Of a stretch of 64,000 bases of DNA, positions 1 through 8,928 are shown one piece after another; positions within the stretch are counted from its first letter, which is position 1; every line of letters starts with the position of its first letter. Position numbers and translations under genes: made by a program. Under the pieces are notes generated by a model. It had not been told where the DNA came from. It worked only from the letters and a program-made list of their open reading frames with translations, and made no database searches. This DNA comes from an uncultured Gammaproteobacteria bacterium (GTDB taxonomy: Bacteria > Patescibacteriota > Patescibacteriia > Veblenbacterales > UBA10138): positions 740,095-804,094 of the forward strand of contig CAYVOI010000001.1 of the NCBI GenBank assembly GCA_964453605.1, in the 5' to 3' direction.

Positions 1-568
1 ACGGCAGGCGCTTGCGAGCGGCTTGCTGCATGAGCTTAAAGTCGGTAAACATGCCACCTGCGAGCTCTGGCCTCAAGTACACTGCACTCCCTTGGTCCTC
101 CACTGGGCCAAGGTTAGTTTTGAACATGAGGTTAAACTGCCGAACTGGGGTAAGCTCGCCCCCGCACTCAGGACAGCGGATAGCTGACCAATCCACTGGT
201 TTTTCCTTGCTGTAGCCAGGCTCCATACTCCTCGCTTCAAGCAAGTGGTCAGCGCGGAACCGCTTTTTACACTTTTTACAATCAACCAAAGGGTCGGTAA
301 AGTTTGAGAGGTGGCCGGAAGCTTCCCAGGCTTTAGGGTTCATGATAACTGCCGCGTCCAGCAAAACCATGTCCGGCCGCGAGGTAACAAAGTGTTTGAG
401 CCAGGCCTTCTTTATGTTCTGCTTCAACAGAGCACCGTAGTGCCCTAAGTCCCACGAGTTGGCTAGCCCGCCGTAAATCTCGCTCCCCGGGAACACAATG
501 CCGCGCTGCTTGCAGAGGGCTGCTAGCTTGTCGAGAAGCTCTGGTTTTACCTCAGGGACTTTAGCCAT
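1..568 (-). CDS. glyQS: Glycine--tRNA ligase, class II alpha2 type, N-terminal part; the CDS continues beyond the window start
   Basis: Manual reverse-complement translation from the ATG at 568 gives MAKVPEVKPELLDKLAALCKQRGIVFPGSEIYGGLANSWD, then a CxxC...CxxC zinc knuckle, typical of eukaryote/archaeal-like GlyRS. The ORF runs off the window edge, so it is absent from the ORF track. Confidence 0.75.
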   Translation of the reverse strand, partial: MAKVPEVKPELLDKLAALCKQRGIVFPGSEIYGGLANSWDLGHYGALLKQNIKKAWLKHFVTSRPDMVLLDAAVIMNPKAWEASGHLSNFTDPLVDCKKCKKRFRADHLLEARSMEPGYSKEKPVDWSAIRCPECGGELTPVRQFNLMFKTNLGPVEDQGSAVYLRPELAGGMFTDFKLMQQAARKRLP

Positions 569-661
569 AGTGGCTTAACTCTAATAAATTTTCACCCTTT
601 TGGCAAATGAAAACACCGCGCTTAACGGCGGTATTTTTTCCAAATCGAACTATAGTGGAGG

Positions 662-1825
662 CTAGCGAATCCCCGTATCGTAACCAATATCCACTTTGGT
701 GTAGGTATCAGCCGTAACGGTTACCGGCTGCGGTTGGGTCGAGGGTAGCAGGTGGCCTGGGGAAAGAAGCGGCACCACGAGGTACTCCCCTGGAGCCAAG
801 TCGAGCTTGAATTGACCATCACTCCCCGAGCGTACCTCGGCTACCACGTTTGAACCATCCTGACTCTTTACTACCAACGTAGCTGGGTACGGCTTATCGG
901 CGCAGCTGCCCTCATCTTCCCCAACGCGTACCACGGGGCAGGTGGGGCCAATGGTCACCTGACCGTAGATACCCGAGCTGATGGCTGCTACAGTACCAGG
1001 ACTAGTGTTGCCGCTAGTGGTAGCAGTGGAGCTACCCTGCTCGCCCGCTTCCCCGCCGTGCTTGCCACGGCCTGGGAAACCAGACGTAGTGCTATCCGAG
1101 GTGGACGTTGACCCGCTAGTAACATCTACGTCCTCACTATCAGTAAAACGTACTTCCAGCTTGTGCTTAAGTGCCTCTGCCGTAAGGTGTTTTATGGTAC
1201 GACCAAGCTCACCCGCCTCTGAGACCTTACCCCTAGCCTTCAAACTCGCTCGTACCTGGGCTAGATTGTCGAGCGCGCTTTCAACTTCTACCTGAGCCTC
1301 ACTACGCGCTTCCTCAGCCCGTGGATTGCGCGGCGCTTTGGCCTGTTCAGCTGGTACCGGCGGAACTACTACGGCTGGTGACTGAGGCACCGCAGCATCC
1401 TCAGTAACCACAGCGGCTTGCACCTGCTCAAGTTCACTCAAGCGTTCTTGAGCCTGCTCAGCCCGTACCTCTGCCCGCCCCTTGGCGGTAACGGTTAAAC
1501 CAAGCTCTACTTTTTCCTTCAGGCGCTTTACGGGGTAAAGCGGGCTACCAGGCAAAGCCCCTCCCGAAGCGAACACGGTACCACCTACCACGGAAACACC
1601 AATAACGGTGGGGAGCACGTAGCGGAACAGCAACGAGGTGTGCCGAGTCCTAACCTCAACCAGCAAACGCCGAGCACCGCGTGCGGCAGCCTCAGGCGAA
1701 TCGAGCTCCTGCAAGAGCTGAAGCTTAAGCTGGGCCAGCCTCAGTGGGTGCAACCCCACCTCGCCAGCCGCGGCCGCCCGCAGGGCTTCTATTTCTCGGT
1801 TATACTTCTTGGTACCTAGGACCAT
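662..1825 (-). CDS. Putative anti-sigma factor: single TM helix, long Ala/Glu-rich coiled region, C-terminal beta-rich domain
   Basis: Lies immediately downstream of the ECF sigma gene and overlaps it. One predicted TM segment (LLFRYVLPTVIGVSVVGGTVFASGG). No recognisable catalytic motif. Confidence 0.45.
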   Translation of the reverse strand: MVLGTKKYNREIEALRAAAAGEVGLHPLRLAQLKLQLLQELDSPEAAARGARRLLVEVRTRHTSLLFRYVLPTVIGVSVVGGTVFASGGALPGSPLYPVKRLKEKVELGLTVTAKGRAEVRAEQAQERLSELEQVQAAVVTEDAAVPQSPAVVVPPVPAEQAKAPRNPRAEEARSEAQVEVESALDNLAQVRASLKARGKVSEAGELGRTIKHLTAEALKHKLEVRFTDSEDVDVTSGSTSTSDSTTSGFPGRGKHGGEAGEQGSSTATTSGNTSPGTVAAISSGIYGQVTIGPTCPVVRVGEDEGSCADKPYPATLVVKSQDGSNVVAEVRSGSDGQFKLDLAPGEYLVVPLLSPGHLLPSTQPQPVTVTADTYTKVDIGYDTGIR

Positions 1826-2429
1826 AATCGCGATGCATAATTATACGTAGTTGCTTTAGGGCACGGTGCTGAATGAGCCGGACGGCCAGGGCCGTTTTAC
1901 CTACCACCTGAGCAGTTTCCTCAACCGTAAACTCTTGAATGAACCTGAGCTCCAGCACCTGGCGGTAGTGAGGTGGCAGCTCGGCACTGGCTTTGCGCAC
2001 CTGCTCAAGCTCACTCTCCTTAAGCGCGGCGGCGGCCGGTGACTCAACATTAGAAGCGACACCTAGTGCTTCGTCAAGCTCAAGGGGCGCTGGCTGGCGG
2101 TAGACCTTGCGGTAGTGGTCGTTCACCGTGTTGCGCGCAATGCTGTAGAGCCAAGCCGAGAAATTGAGCTCCTCCAGCCGCAGGGTTTTCAGCCCCCGCC
2201 AAGCCTTGAGAAAGGTATCTTGTAAAATGTCCTCGGCCTGCTCTTTGGGTTGCACCTTAAAGCTGATGAACTTGTAAATACGGGGTGCAAACGTATCGTA
2301 AAGCTGGCCAAAAGCCACACTGCTTCCGCCCTGGGCGGAAGCTACGAGCGCCAACGTTTCTCCGCCTTCTCGGGGTTCCATAGGCCTTGTACTGTACAAT
2401 AGAACGCCTGGCTTAGCCAGGTGTTTCAC
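1800..2429 (-). CDS. RNA polymerase sigma-70 family, ECF-type sigma factor
   Basis: Region 2 motif DILQDTFLKAWRGL...YSIARNTVNDHYRK and a region 4 helix-turn-helix EFTVEETAQVVGKTALAVRLIQHRALKQLR. Confidence 0.8.
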   Translation of the reverse strand: MKHLAKPGVLLYSTRPMEPREGGETLALVASAQGGSSVAFGQLYDTFAPRIYKFISFKVQPKEQAEDILQDTFLKAWRGLKTLRLEELNFSAWLYSIARNTVNDHYRKVYRQPAPLELDEALGVASNVESPAAAALKESELEQVRKASAELPPHYRQVLELRFIQEFTVEETAQVVGKTALAVRLIQHRALKQLRIIMHRDYGPRYQEV

Positions 2430-2441
2430 CTGCGATGCACC

Positions 2442-4994
2442 CTATAATTTTCCAGCTTTTTCTACCCTCACCACGCCGCCTGGCTCTAAGACTACGACGT
2501 CGCGCCGGGTGAGCTTACCAGTGAGAAGGTAGGTAGCAAGGGCGTTGTCCACGTTCTCTTGGATAACGCGCCGGAGGGGCCGGGCGCCAAAGAGTGGATC
2601 AAACCCTTTATGTGCGAGCTCGGCCACAGCCTCGGGCGATGCTTTAAGGTGCACACCCTTAGCCTCCAAACCCTGGCTCAGTTTAGCTAAGAGTAGCTCG
2701 GTAACTTTTACCACCTCGGGCATGCCTAGGGGTTTAAACACCACGATACCATCAAACCGGTTTAAAAACTCTGGCCTAAAGTACTGCTGCAGCTCGCGCT
2801 CTAAGAGCTGCTTGCGGATAGCCTCAAGAGCTGTACCAGCCTGGAGTTCATGCTGAATAAAGCTGGTGCCGGCGTTTGAAGTTGCTATCACAATACAGTT
2901 GGTAAAGTCTACGGTTTTGCCGGCAGCGTCGGTGAGGCGGCCGTCGTCTAAGAGCTGCAAGAACACGTTCAAAATATCAAGGTGGGCTTTCTCCAACTCA
3001 TCAAGGAGTAGGAGCGTGTAGGGGTTACGGCGCACTGCCTCGGTGAGCAGCCCGCTCGATGAGCCTGTACCCGCCGGCGCGCCAATCAAACGGTACAAGC
3101 TCTCGGCGGTTTGGTACTCTGACATGTCGAGCCGCACCATTTTGTTCTCACCACCAAAGTACTCAGCCGCTACAGTTTTAGCGAGCTCAGTTTTCCCTAC
3201 CCCCGTAGGACCCAAAAAAAGGAACGAGGCAATGGGGCGTTTTTGGTCCCGTAGGTTCACCCGAGCGCGCCGCAAAGCCTGGGCCACCAGGTTCACGGCT
3301 TCATCTTGCCCCACAATACGCCGGTGTAAAATGTCCTCCAAGTTCAAAAGTTTCTCACGCTCACCTTGCGTCACCTGCGTCACCGGCACGTGCACCTTAC
3401 CAGCCACCACTTGGGCTACATCCTCTGCCCCAACCGCGGTGCCACGAGGGTGGCGATCGCGGGCATAAATAGCCACCTCCTCAAGCAGTTTGATAGCTTT
3501 TTCGGGAAGGAAGCGGTCTGGTAGGTACCGACGCGAAAGTTCGACCGCGGCTTGGAGCGCCCCGTAGGCAAAGTACACGTGGTGCTCGCTCTCCAGTGCA
3601 GGCACACGAGACTCCAACACCTGAATGGAGTGGTTATCGTCAAGCTCGGGCACCTGCACTGGTTGGAGTGCCTGGCCAAGAGCACTGTGTACTAAGGTTT
3701 CATTCCAGGCTGCAGCAGTAGCAGTTGCCAGTACCACCAAACCGTGTTGAGCCACAGCCTGGGCTAAGACCTCGGCTGGACCAATTTCGCCCTGGCTACT
3801 CATGCCTGGCGTTACCAGCTGGTCAATGTTCTCAATCCCCAACACAACGTTACCGGCCCGTACCACTTCGGTTACGGCGTGGAGCAACCGCTCACTGGCT
3901 TGGGCTGGTGTGGCCCCAGACAAAAGTTGGGGTAGCGAGAGCAACAACAGGTGCTTATCTTGCAACAGCTCTGGCACCTCCTCTGCCACCATAGCCTGAG
4001 CGATACCCTCAACCAGTGAGCTCTTACCTACCCCCGCCTCCCCCAGGAGCACCACGCTAGCGTGGCCACCTTCGATAATACGGTACACTTCGGCAAGTTC
4101 TGCCTCGCGCCCCACGCACGGGTTAAGGTACCCTCCGGCGGCAAGGCTGGTAAGGTCGCGCGACATGCGGTTGAGGAACGGGGTGGCCACCGCCAGGTAC
4201 GCCCGGTCCAGCGCGTGCTTGGGGCGGGCGCTGGCGCGTGAGGAGCGACGATGGTACTCGGTCAGCAACTTCCGCCGCAGGGCAAACCACGAGGTAATGT
4301 TGCTGACCGCGTCAGGCGGAATGGCCAGCTCTTCTAGAACTTCTTGCACACCACCTGGAGCTTTAGCTAGTGCCAGGAGTACCTCGCTCATTTCCACCTG
4401 CCGTGCTTGGCGAGCCAAGGCCAAACGTGCGGCCTCCAGAAACACACCTTGTGCCTCTTTTGATAGCCGTGCCTCTGGCCCTTGCCCCAAGAGCATGAGC
4501 TCGTTCCGCAAGGTGGTAGCAAGTTTTTCGCGCGGTACCCCAAGGCGCGAAAACAGCCGACGTGCCGTAGGGTAGTGCAGGGCTGCAGCCAACAGGTGAA
4601 TAGGTGCTACCTCTCCCTGCTTGAGCTGCCCCGCGTAGCGGAACGCCTGCGTCAGCATGGCCCAGGTTTCTTCCGACAAGTACTGGTCTACGGTAATGGT
4701 CAGGGCTTCAGGTGGGAGTGCGGGGTACCAGGCACGTTCGCGGTCGAGGCGGTACCAAGCGTAACCCATAATAAGCACACTAAGCCAGAAATACCCGGCG
4801 CCTGGCGCGCGCGGAAAGAACACTTGCCAGGTGAGCGATTCTATAACCGGAAGCGATAGAACCACGAATCGTACTAAGGCCAACACACTCAGGAGCAGTG
4901 CCACAAAAGCCACCAGGCGGTACACGGTTAAACGTAGACGCCGAAACAGCAGGTCTCCTAAACTGTAGTTGTAGTGCCAAGTGAATTCGGCCAC
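2442..4994 (-). CDS. ClpA/ClpB/ClpC-family AAA+ ATPase with N-terminal transmembrane helices and a degenerate first nucleotide-binding domain
   Basis: Clp_N-like repeats. D1 has Walker A GEAGVGKSS but no hhhhDE Walker B. D2 has GPTGVGKTELAK plus LLLLDELEKAH. Two hydrophobic helices sit within the first 100 aa. Confidence 0.8.
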   Translation of the reverse strand: MAEFTWHYNYSLGDLLFRRLRLTVYRLVAFVALLLSVLALVRFVVLSLPVIESLTWQVFFPRAPGAGYFWLSVLIMGYAWYRLDRERAWYPALPPEALTITVDQYLSEETWAMLTQAFRYAGQLKQGEVAPIHLLAAALHYPTARRLFSRLGVPREKLATTLRNELMLLGQGPEARLSKEAQGVFLEAARLALARQARQVEMSEVLLALAKAPGGVQEVLEELAIPPDAVSNITSWFALRRKLLTEYHRRSSRASARPKHALDRAYLAVATPFLNRMSRDLTSLAAGGYLNPCVGREAELAEVYRIIEGGHASVVLLGEAGVGKSSLVEGIAQAMVAEEVPELLQDKHLLLLSLPQLLSGATPAQASERLLHAVTEVVRAGNVVLGIENIDQLVTPGMSSQGEIGPAEVLAQAVAQHGLVVLATATAAAWNETLVHSALGQALQPVQVPELDDNHSIQVLESRVPALESEHHVYFAYGALQAAVELSRRYLPDRFLPEKAIKLLEEVAIYARDRHPRGTAVGAEDVAQVVAGKVHVPVTQVTQGEREKLLNLEDILHRRIVGQDEAVNLVAQALRRARVNLRDQKRPIASFLFLGPTGVGKTELAKTVAAEYFGGENKMVRLDMSEYQTAESLYRLIGAPAGTGSSSGLLTEAVRRNPYTLLLLDELEKAHLDILNVFLQLLDDGRLTDAAGKTVDFTNCIVIATSNAGTSFIQHELQAGTALEAIRKQLLERELQQYFRPEFLNRFDGIVVFKPLGMPEVVKVTELLLAKLSQGLEAKGVHLKASPEAVAELAHKGFDPLFGARPLRRVIQENVDNALATYLLTGKLTRRDVVVLEPGGVVRVEKAGKL

Positions 4995-5006
4995 AGGAAT
5001 AAAAGG

Positions 5007-5363
5007 TTATAGGCTCGCTACCAACATCAGGAACGTAATTGGCGGCAACGCACACCACATAATGAGCAAGCAGAGGTACCACACGAACGCCAAACTCAGG
5101 CGCACCGACTTCCACACCAACATCACTAAACGGACCACAAAGCTAAGTGCCCGGCCGGAGTACGTGTAGTCGCCGTACATGGGTGTAAATAGGTAGCGCG
5201 CGAACAAGCCTAGGGAAACACGCCAGGCAGCTGCTCGCAACCCGTCTCGGCAGAACCGGAATACCCTTACCAGGCCACCACTGTACCACCAGTACGGAAA
5301 CCGTACTACGTCGAGCAGGAACTCGACCACCAGTTGGCCAATTTGTGTAAGCACAAGAGGCAT
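5007..5363 (-). CDS. Hypothetical small polytopic membrane protein
   Basis: ORF with three or four hydrophobic segments and no recognised motif. Confidence 0.4.
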   Translation of the reverse strand: MPLVLTQIGQLVVEFLLDVVRFPYWWYSGGLVRVFRFCRDGLRAAAWRVSLGLFARYLFTPMYGDYTYSGRALSFVVRLVMLVWKSVRLSLAFVWYLCLLIMWCALPPITFLMLVASL

Positions 5364-5469
5364 AGCTACCCCAAGTATACGGCATTGTTTTGCGCTTGAC
5401 TACGAGGCTACCAGCCTGCTAGGGTGGAGCCAAACAAAGTAAACTACAACCAATACGAAAGGGCCTGCC

Positions 5470-6204
5470 ATGCCCACATTCATTACCAAGTTTCTCGCAA
5501 TAGCTGAAGGTGTGGCAGAACAGATTATTGCCACAAAAGACACCGGCCTCAATGCTATAGTCGATTACATAATTCCCCGAGAAGAGCTCCGAGAGCGGAT
5601 ACAAAATTGGTTTATCGACCTTCCTCGACCTACCTTCCCCAGACTCTCACAACAGCTCGACAGAGGTATCAAAGCTGGCATCATCAACCTACCCAACAGC
5701 CTTTCCCTCAGCCGGGCTCTCGTGGGCCCCATGTTCTTAGCGTTCGTTGCCTCTAGCCTTAATCTCTGGTATTGCCTTAGCCTGATTGTTTGGGCTATTG
5801 TCAGTGATTTCTTCGACGGCGTTCTGGCTAGAAAAATGAAACAGGAAACTGAACTGGGCGCTGCACTCGATGCTGGCTGTGACAAGGTATTCGCAATATG
5901 CTGTGCCGTTAGCCTCTGGCACAATCTCTGGCTGTGGAATGCTCTCCTGTTCATAGGTTTCGATACAGCGCTCGCTAGCCTAGCTCTAGTTGTACTCCGC
6001 GCCAAACGACGCGGCACGTACCACGGTGGTGCACAGGTAAAGGCCAACTGGCTCGGCAAGTTCAAGTTCTGTGCACAAGGTTTAGCAGGTTTGTGTGTGC
6101 TTCTCGGCGAACTTGCTGTCGGGAATTGGATCTTGCTGGTCGCCAACTGCTTCGCCCTTGGAAGCCTCGTAAGACACCTTGAACCAAAACATAAAACGAT
6201 CTAA
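5470..6204 (+). CDS. CDP-alcohol phosphatidyltransferase family protein
   Basis: Signature D-x2-DG-x2-AR-x8-G-x3-D-x3-D is present as DFFDGVLARKMKQETELGAALDAGCDKV. Polytopic. GC is lower than in the flanking genes. Confidence 0.75.
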   Translation: MPTFITKFLAIAEGVAEQIIATKDTGLNAIVDYIIPREELRERIQNWFIDLPRPTFPRLSQQLDRGIKAGIINLPNSLSLSRALVGPMFLAFVASSLNLWYCLSLIVWAIVSDFFDGVLARKMKQETELGAALDAGCDKVFAICCAVSLWHNLWLWNALLFIGFDTALASLALVVLRAKRRGTYHGGAQVKANWLGKFKFCAQGLAGLCVLLGELAVGNWILLVANCFALGSLVRHLEPKHKTI

Positions 6205-6258
6205 CTACCGCCCAGCCTAGAGGACTGGGTGGTTTTCATGTCGGAAGACTGCAAAATA

Positions 6259-8166
6259 TTATAACCCCACCACACCCTTACCCTGCGCGCGGGTGTCGGT
6301 GTCGAGGTTGGTAGTGATGTACTTGGCCGTAGCTATCAAGTCGGCGCCTGAAAAACTATCTTGCCCCGTGGCGGTGGTAGTTTTGGTGAGCACCAGTACC
6401 TGGTTGGCGTCTGAAGCCTGGGGGGTTATGGCTACCTCGAACGAGGCTTCGGGTGATTTGTAGGCGCTGCCAGCACCGGCTGGCAACCGGTTGAGCTGCC
6501 ACCTGACCTCGCGGGTGTTGGGGTTGTAGGTCGGCTTCTGACCGGCGGTCACCGTGGTTTGATCGGTCCAGGTTACCCCCTGGGGCAGGGTGGTCGTAAC
6601 CTCTAGGCCACTGACTTCGTTTAAAGTATTACCCAAGCGCCAAAAAATAACGTAGGTGGTGGTCTGCCCCACCCGCGGCGGCAAGGGGCCACTCCCCAGC
6701 TTCACGAGTTCATCGGTGTAGTACCTACCTTCGGCTTCGAGGGAGAACTGGGTGTTGATTTTGGTTACTACCTGGTTGGATTGCGAGGTGACATCATCAA
6801 CCTTGTCCCCCACCTGCGACTTGGCCTGGGCCATAGCCTGGGCCGTAAAGCTCGGCGTCTGTGCCGCGCCGTCGGGGAGTTGTGGTTTAAGGTGAATTTG
6901 GAAGCGGATACTGCCGCGGCTGCCTGGAGCGAGCGAGGCGAGCAATGGGACGGTTCCTTGGGTCCACGTTAACGTACCCTTGGCGGCGTCAGTTTGGCCG
7001 TTGCCGTTGTCCCGGAGCGTCGACCAGTCAAACCACTGTGGGTCAAGCTTCGCCTGGAGTGTTAGACCCGTAAACGGAACGTCACCTTCGTTGGCAAACG
7101 TGAGTTCGTAAAACACTTCCTGCCCCACGTCAGCCGCACTCTTCAAGGCCACGTCGTTGGCAGTGAGCTGCAGTGTGAGGTGCGACTTTACTAGGGCGAG
7201 CAAGAGCGTTTTCTCCTCTTGCACGGTAACTTGACCGTCTTGCCCCACGAGCCCCACTGCTACCTTGAGCTCTTGGGCGCCGGGTGCTGCCACATCGGTA
7301 AAGCGACCCGTGAGCTCGACCTTACCCTCAGCTTTGGGGTCGAGATCAGGAATCTTCCAGCTGGTGCTGCTGTTGGGCAAGGGTTCGAGCTGGGGCAGGT
7401 CCAGCACAAAACCAGCTGGCGCAGTCACGCGGAGTGCGAGCCCGGTGAGCTTGGCCGTAGAGCTGTTACGGTAGCTGGCCGTAAGCTGGAGGAGCTGGTC
7501 AGCGGGGAGTTGTGCCGGCCCGGTGAGCTCGAGGTTTAAAACCGAGGCCACAATCTGCACGGTGAGCGAAGTAGTTTTGGTGAACCGAGCCTTGAGGTTA
7601 GCCGGCTCGTACGACAGCAGCGCCACCATGTCCTTTTGTTCGCCCACGTCCCCGGTGAGCTGCCCACGCACTACAACGGTATCAGACTGGTGCGCTGGTA
7701 CCGTGCCAAGATCGTAGCGGCTGCCGTCCGCTGCCTGGGCGTTTGGCGTCGCACTCTGGAAGGTGAAGCCGGTTGGGAACCTGAGGTCGAGCTCAGCCTG
7801 GTTAAGATCAACAGCTTGGTCGTCACTGTAGCTGATGGTGTACTCCACCGCCTGGCCAGAAGGTGCTGCGGTGGGGCCAGCTACCGTGAGCTTAACCGCG
7901 CCCTCGCCAAACTTAGGCCCCGGCCCCGTACCAAAGACAAAGAACCACCCAAACGCTACACCGAGCAACACTACCAGGGCAGAGGTAGCGTAGAGCCAGA
8001 GCTGGCGGCGACGCGATTGCTTGAGCAAAGCTTTCAAATCTACATTTGGCTGGTCGTGGTAGAACCGCGCAAAATCCTGTTCGGCTTGCTTACTCCTCCG
8101 CCCACCTGACTGGGCCTCAAGGTCAGGCGTTATGGTAATGTCACGAACGTTTGATGGTGGTTTCAT
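6259..8166 (-). CDS. Hypothetical membrane-anchored protein with repeated beta-rich (DUF11-like) domains
   Basis: 635-aa ORF. One N-terminal TM helix, then repetitive T/V/Q-rich beta-strand-like segments. Confidence 0.55.
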   Translation of the reverse strand: MKPPSNVRDITITPDLEAQSGGRRSKQAEQDFARFYHDQPNVDLKALLKQSRRRQLWLYATSALVVLLGVAFGWFFVFGTGPGPKFGEGAVKLTVAGPTAAPSGQAVEYTISYSDDQAVDLNQAELDLRFPTGFTFQSATPNAQAADGSRYDLGTVPAHQSDTVVVRGQLTGDVGEQKDMVALLSYEPANLKARFTKTTSLTVQIVASVLNLELTGPAQLPADQLLQLTASYRNSSTAKLTGLALRVTAPAGFVLDLPQLEPLPNSSTSWKIPDLDPKAEGKVELTGRFTDVAAPGAQELKVAVGLVGQDGQVTVQEEKTLLLALVKSHLTLQLTANDVALKSAADVGQEVFYELTFANEGDVPFTGLTLQAKLDPQWFDWSTLRDNGNGQTDAAKGTLTWTQGTVPLLASLAPGSRGSIRFQIHLKPQLPDGAAQTPSFTAQAMAQAKSQVGDKVDDVTSQSNQVVTKINTQFSLEAEGRYYTDELVKLGSGPLPPRVGQTTTYVIFWRLGNTLNEVSGLEVTTTLPQGVTWTDQTTVTAGQKPTYNPNTREVRWQLNRLPAGAGSAYKSPEASFEVAITPQASDANQVLVLTKTTTATGQDSFSGADLIATAKYITTNLDTDTRAQGKGVVGL

Positions 8167-8176
8167 ACACTGTAAC

Positions 8177-8920
8177 CTACAGGATACTCCTCAAAACCTT
8201 GAGTGCATAGAGCTCGCGGCCGGTTTGGCCGCTGAGGTAGTCGGTCACAAAGGCAAGCGTACCACTCGGCAGTGCTCCCTCACCTTCCGTACCTACCACC
8301 GCGCCCTGCAACCAGCGGAATACGGCGGGCGGCAGCGGCAAACGCTGCTCGCCAGGCTCAGCACACTCACGGTGGAACACACCGTGCCGCGACCAGCTGA
8401 ACTCTAGCGGTTCACTAAGCTCACGCCGACAATGTTCGCAGCGTGTTATAGACACAGCTAACCCCGAGAGCTTCAATGCCTCTAGTACAAAACGCGCCAA
8501 CAGCTCTCGAGCTTGCGGCCGCCAATTGTCCCCGGCTTTCCCCAGAGAGCTTGCCTTACTGAGCGACTGTTGCAAGAGCTCATAGAGCCTTGAGTCTGGC
8601 TGCTCCTCACTGGTGAGCTGGTTCACCACCTCAAGAAATGCAGACCCAATCAGTATACTCGGCAGGTGGTAGGGTGGTTTGAGGTAGTGCTCGGTGAGGT
8701 TAGCCGAGGCTAAACGATCACGCTCTTTACCCTTGGCCACCATAACTTCTACTTCGGCAAACGCCTGTAAGTTGGGCGAGAGTTTGCTGTTGAGTTTCTG
8801 GGTGCCAGCTGCTATAAGCTGCAACTTGCCTCGGCCAGAAGTAAAAAGCGTGTAGAGCCGGTCGGTCTCACGCCAAGGGCGCGAACGCAGCACAAAACCA
8901 GTGGTGAGGTAGGTGGACAT
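8177..8920 (-). CDS. recO: DNA repair protein RecO
   Basis: N-terminal OB-fold motif GFVLRSRPWRETDRLYTLFT and a C-terminal C4 zinc motif CEHC...HREC. Confidence 0.75.
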   Translation of the reverse strand: MSTYLTTGFVLRSRPWRETDRLYTLFTSGRGKLQLIAAGTQKLNSKLSPNLQAFAEVEVMVAKGKERDRLASANLTEHYLKPPYHLPSILIGSAFLEVVNQLTSEEQPDSRLYELLQQSLSKASSLGKAGDNWRPQARELLARFVLEALKLSGLAVSITRCEHCRRELSEPLEFSWSRHGVFHRECAEPGEQRLPLPPAVFRWLQGAVVGTEGEGALPSGTLAFVTDYLSGQTGRELYALKVLRSIL

Positions 8921-8928
8921 ATTTTTGC

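Noticed and set aside
73-285. ORF-track 70-aa minus-strand ORF MIVKSVKSG...
   Set aside because: It is an alternative frame of the glyQS coding region. The GlyRS frame (MAKVPEVKPELLDKL...) is continuous from 568 to the window edge and carries recognisable motifs.
2545-4859. Multiple plus-strand ORFs of 60-140 aa inside the Clp ATPase gene, and similar antisense ORFs inside ileS, argS, ligA, pilB, the Rhs gene and others
   Set aside because: They lie antisense to long, well-supported genes, are Arg/Ala/Pro-rich as expected for high-GC antisense frames, and have no RBS or motif.
5470-6204. Treating the lower-GC CDP-alcohol phosphatidyltransferase gene as another mobile insert
   Set aside because: No flanking repeats or duplicated gene ends were seen around it. 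The lower GC may simply reflect membrane-protein codon bias. Left as an ordinary gene.
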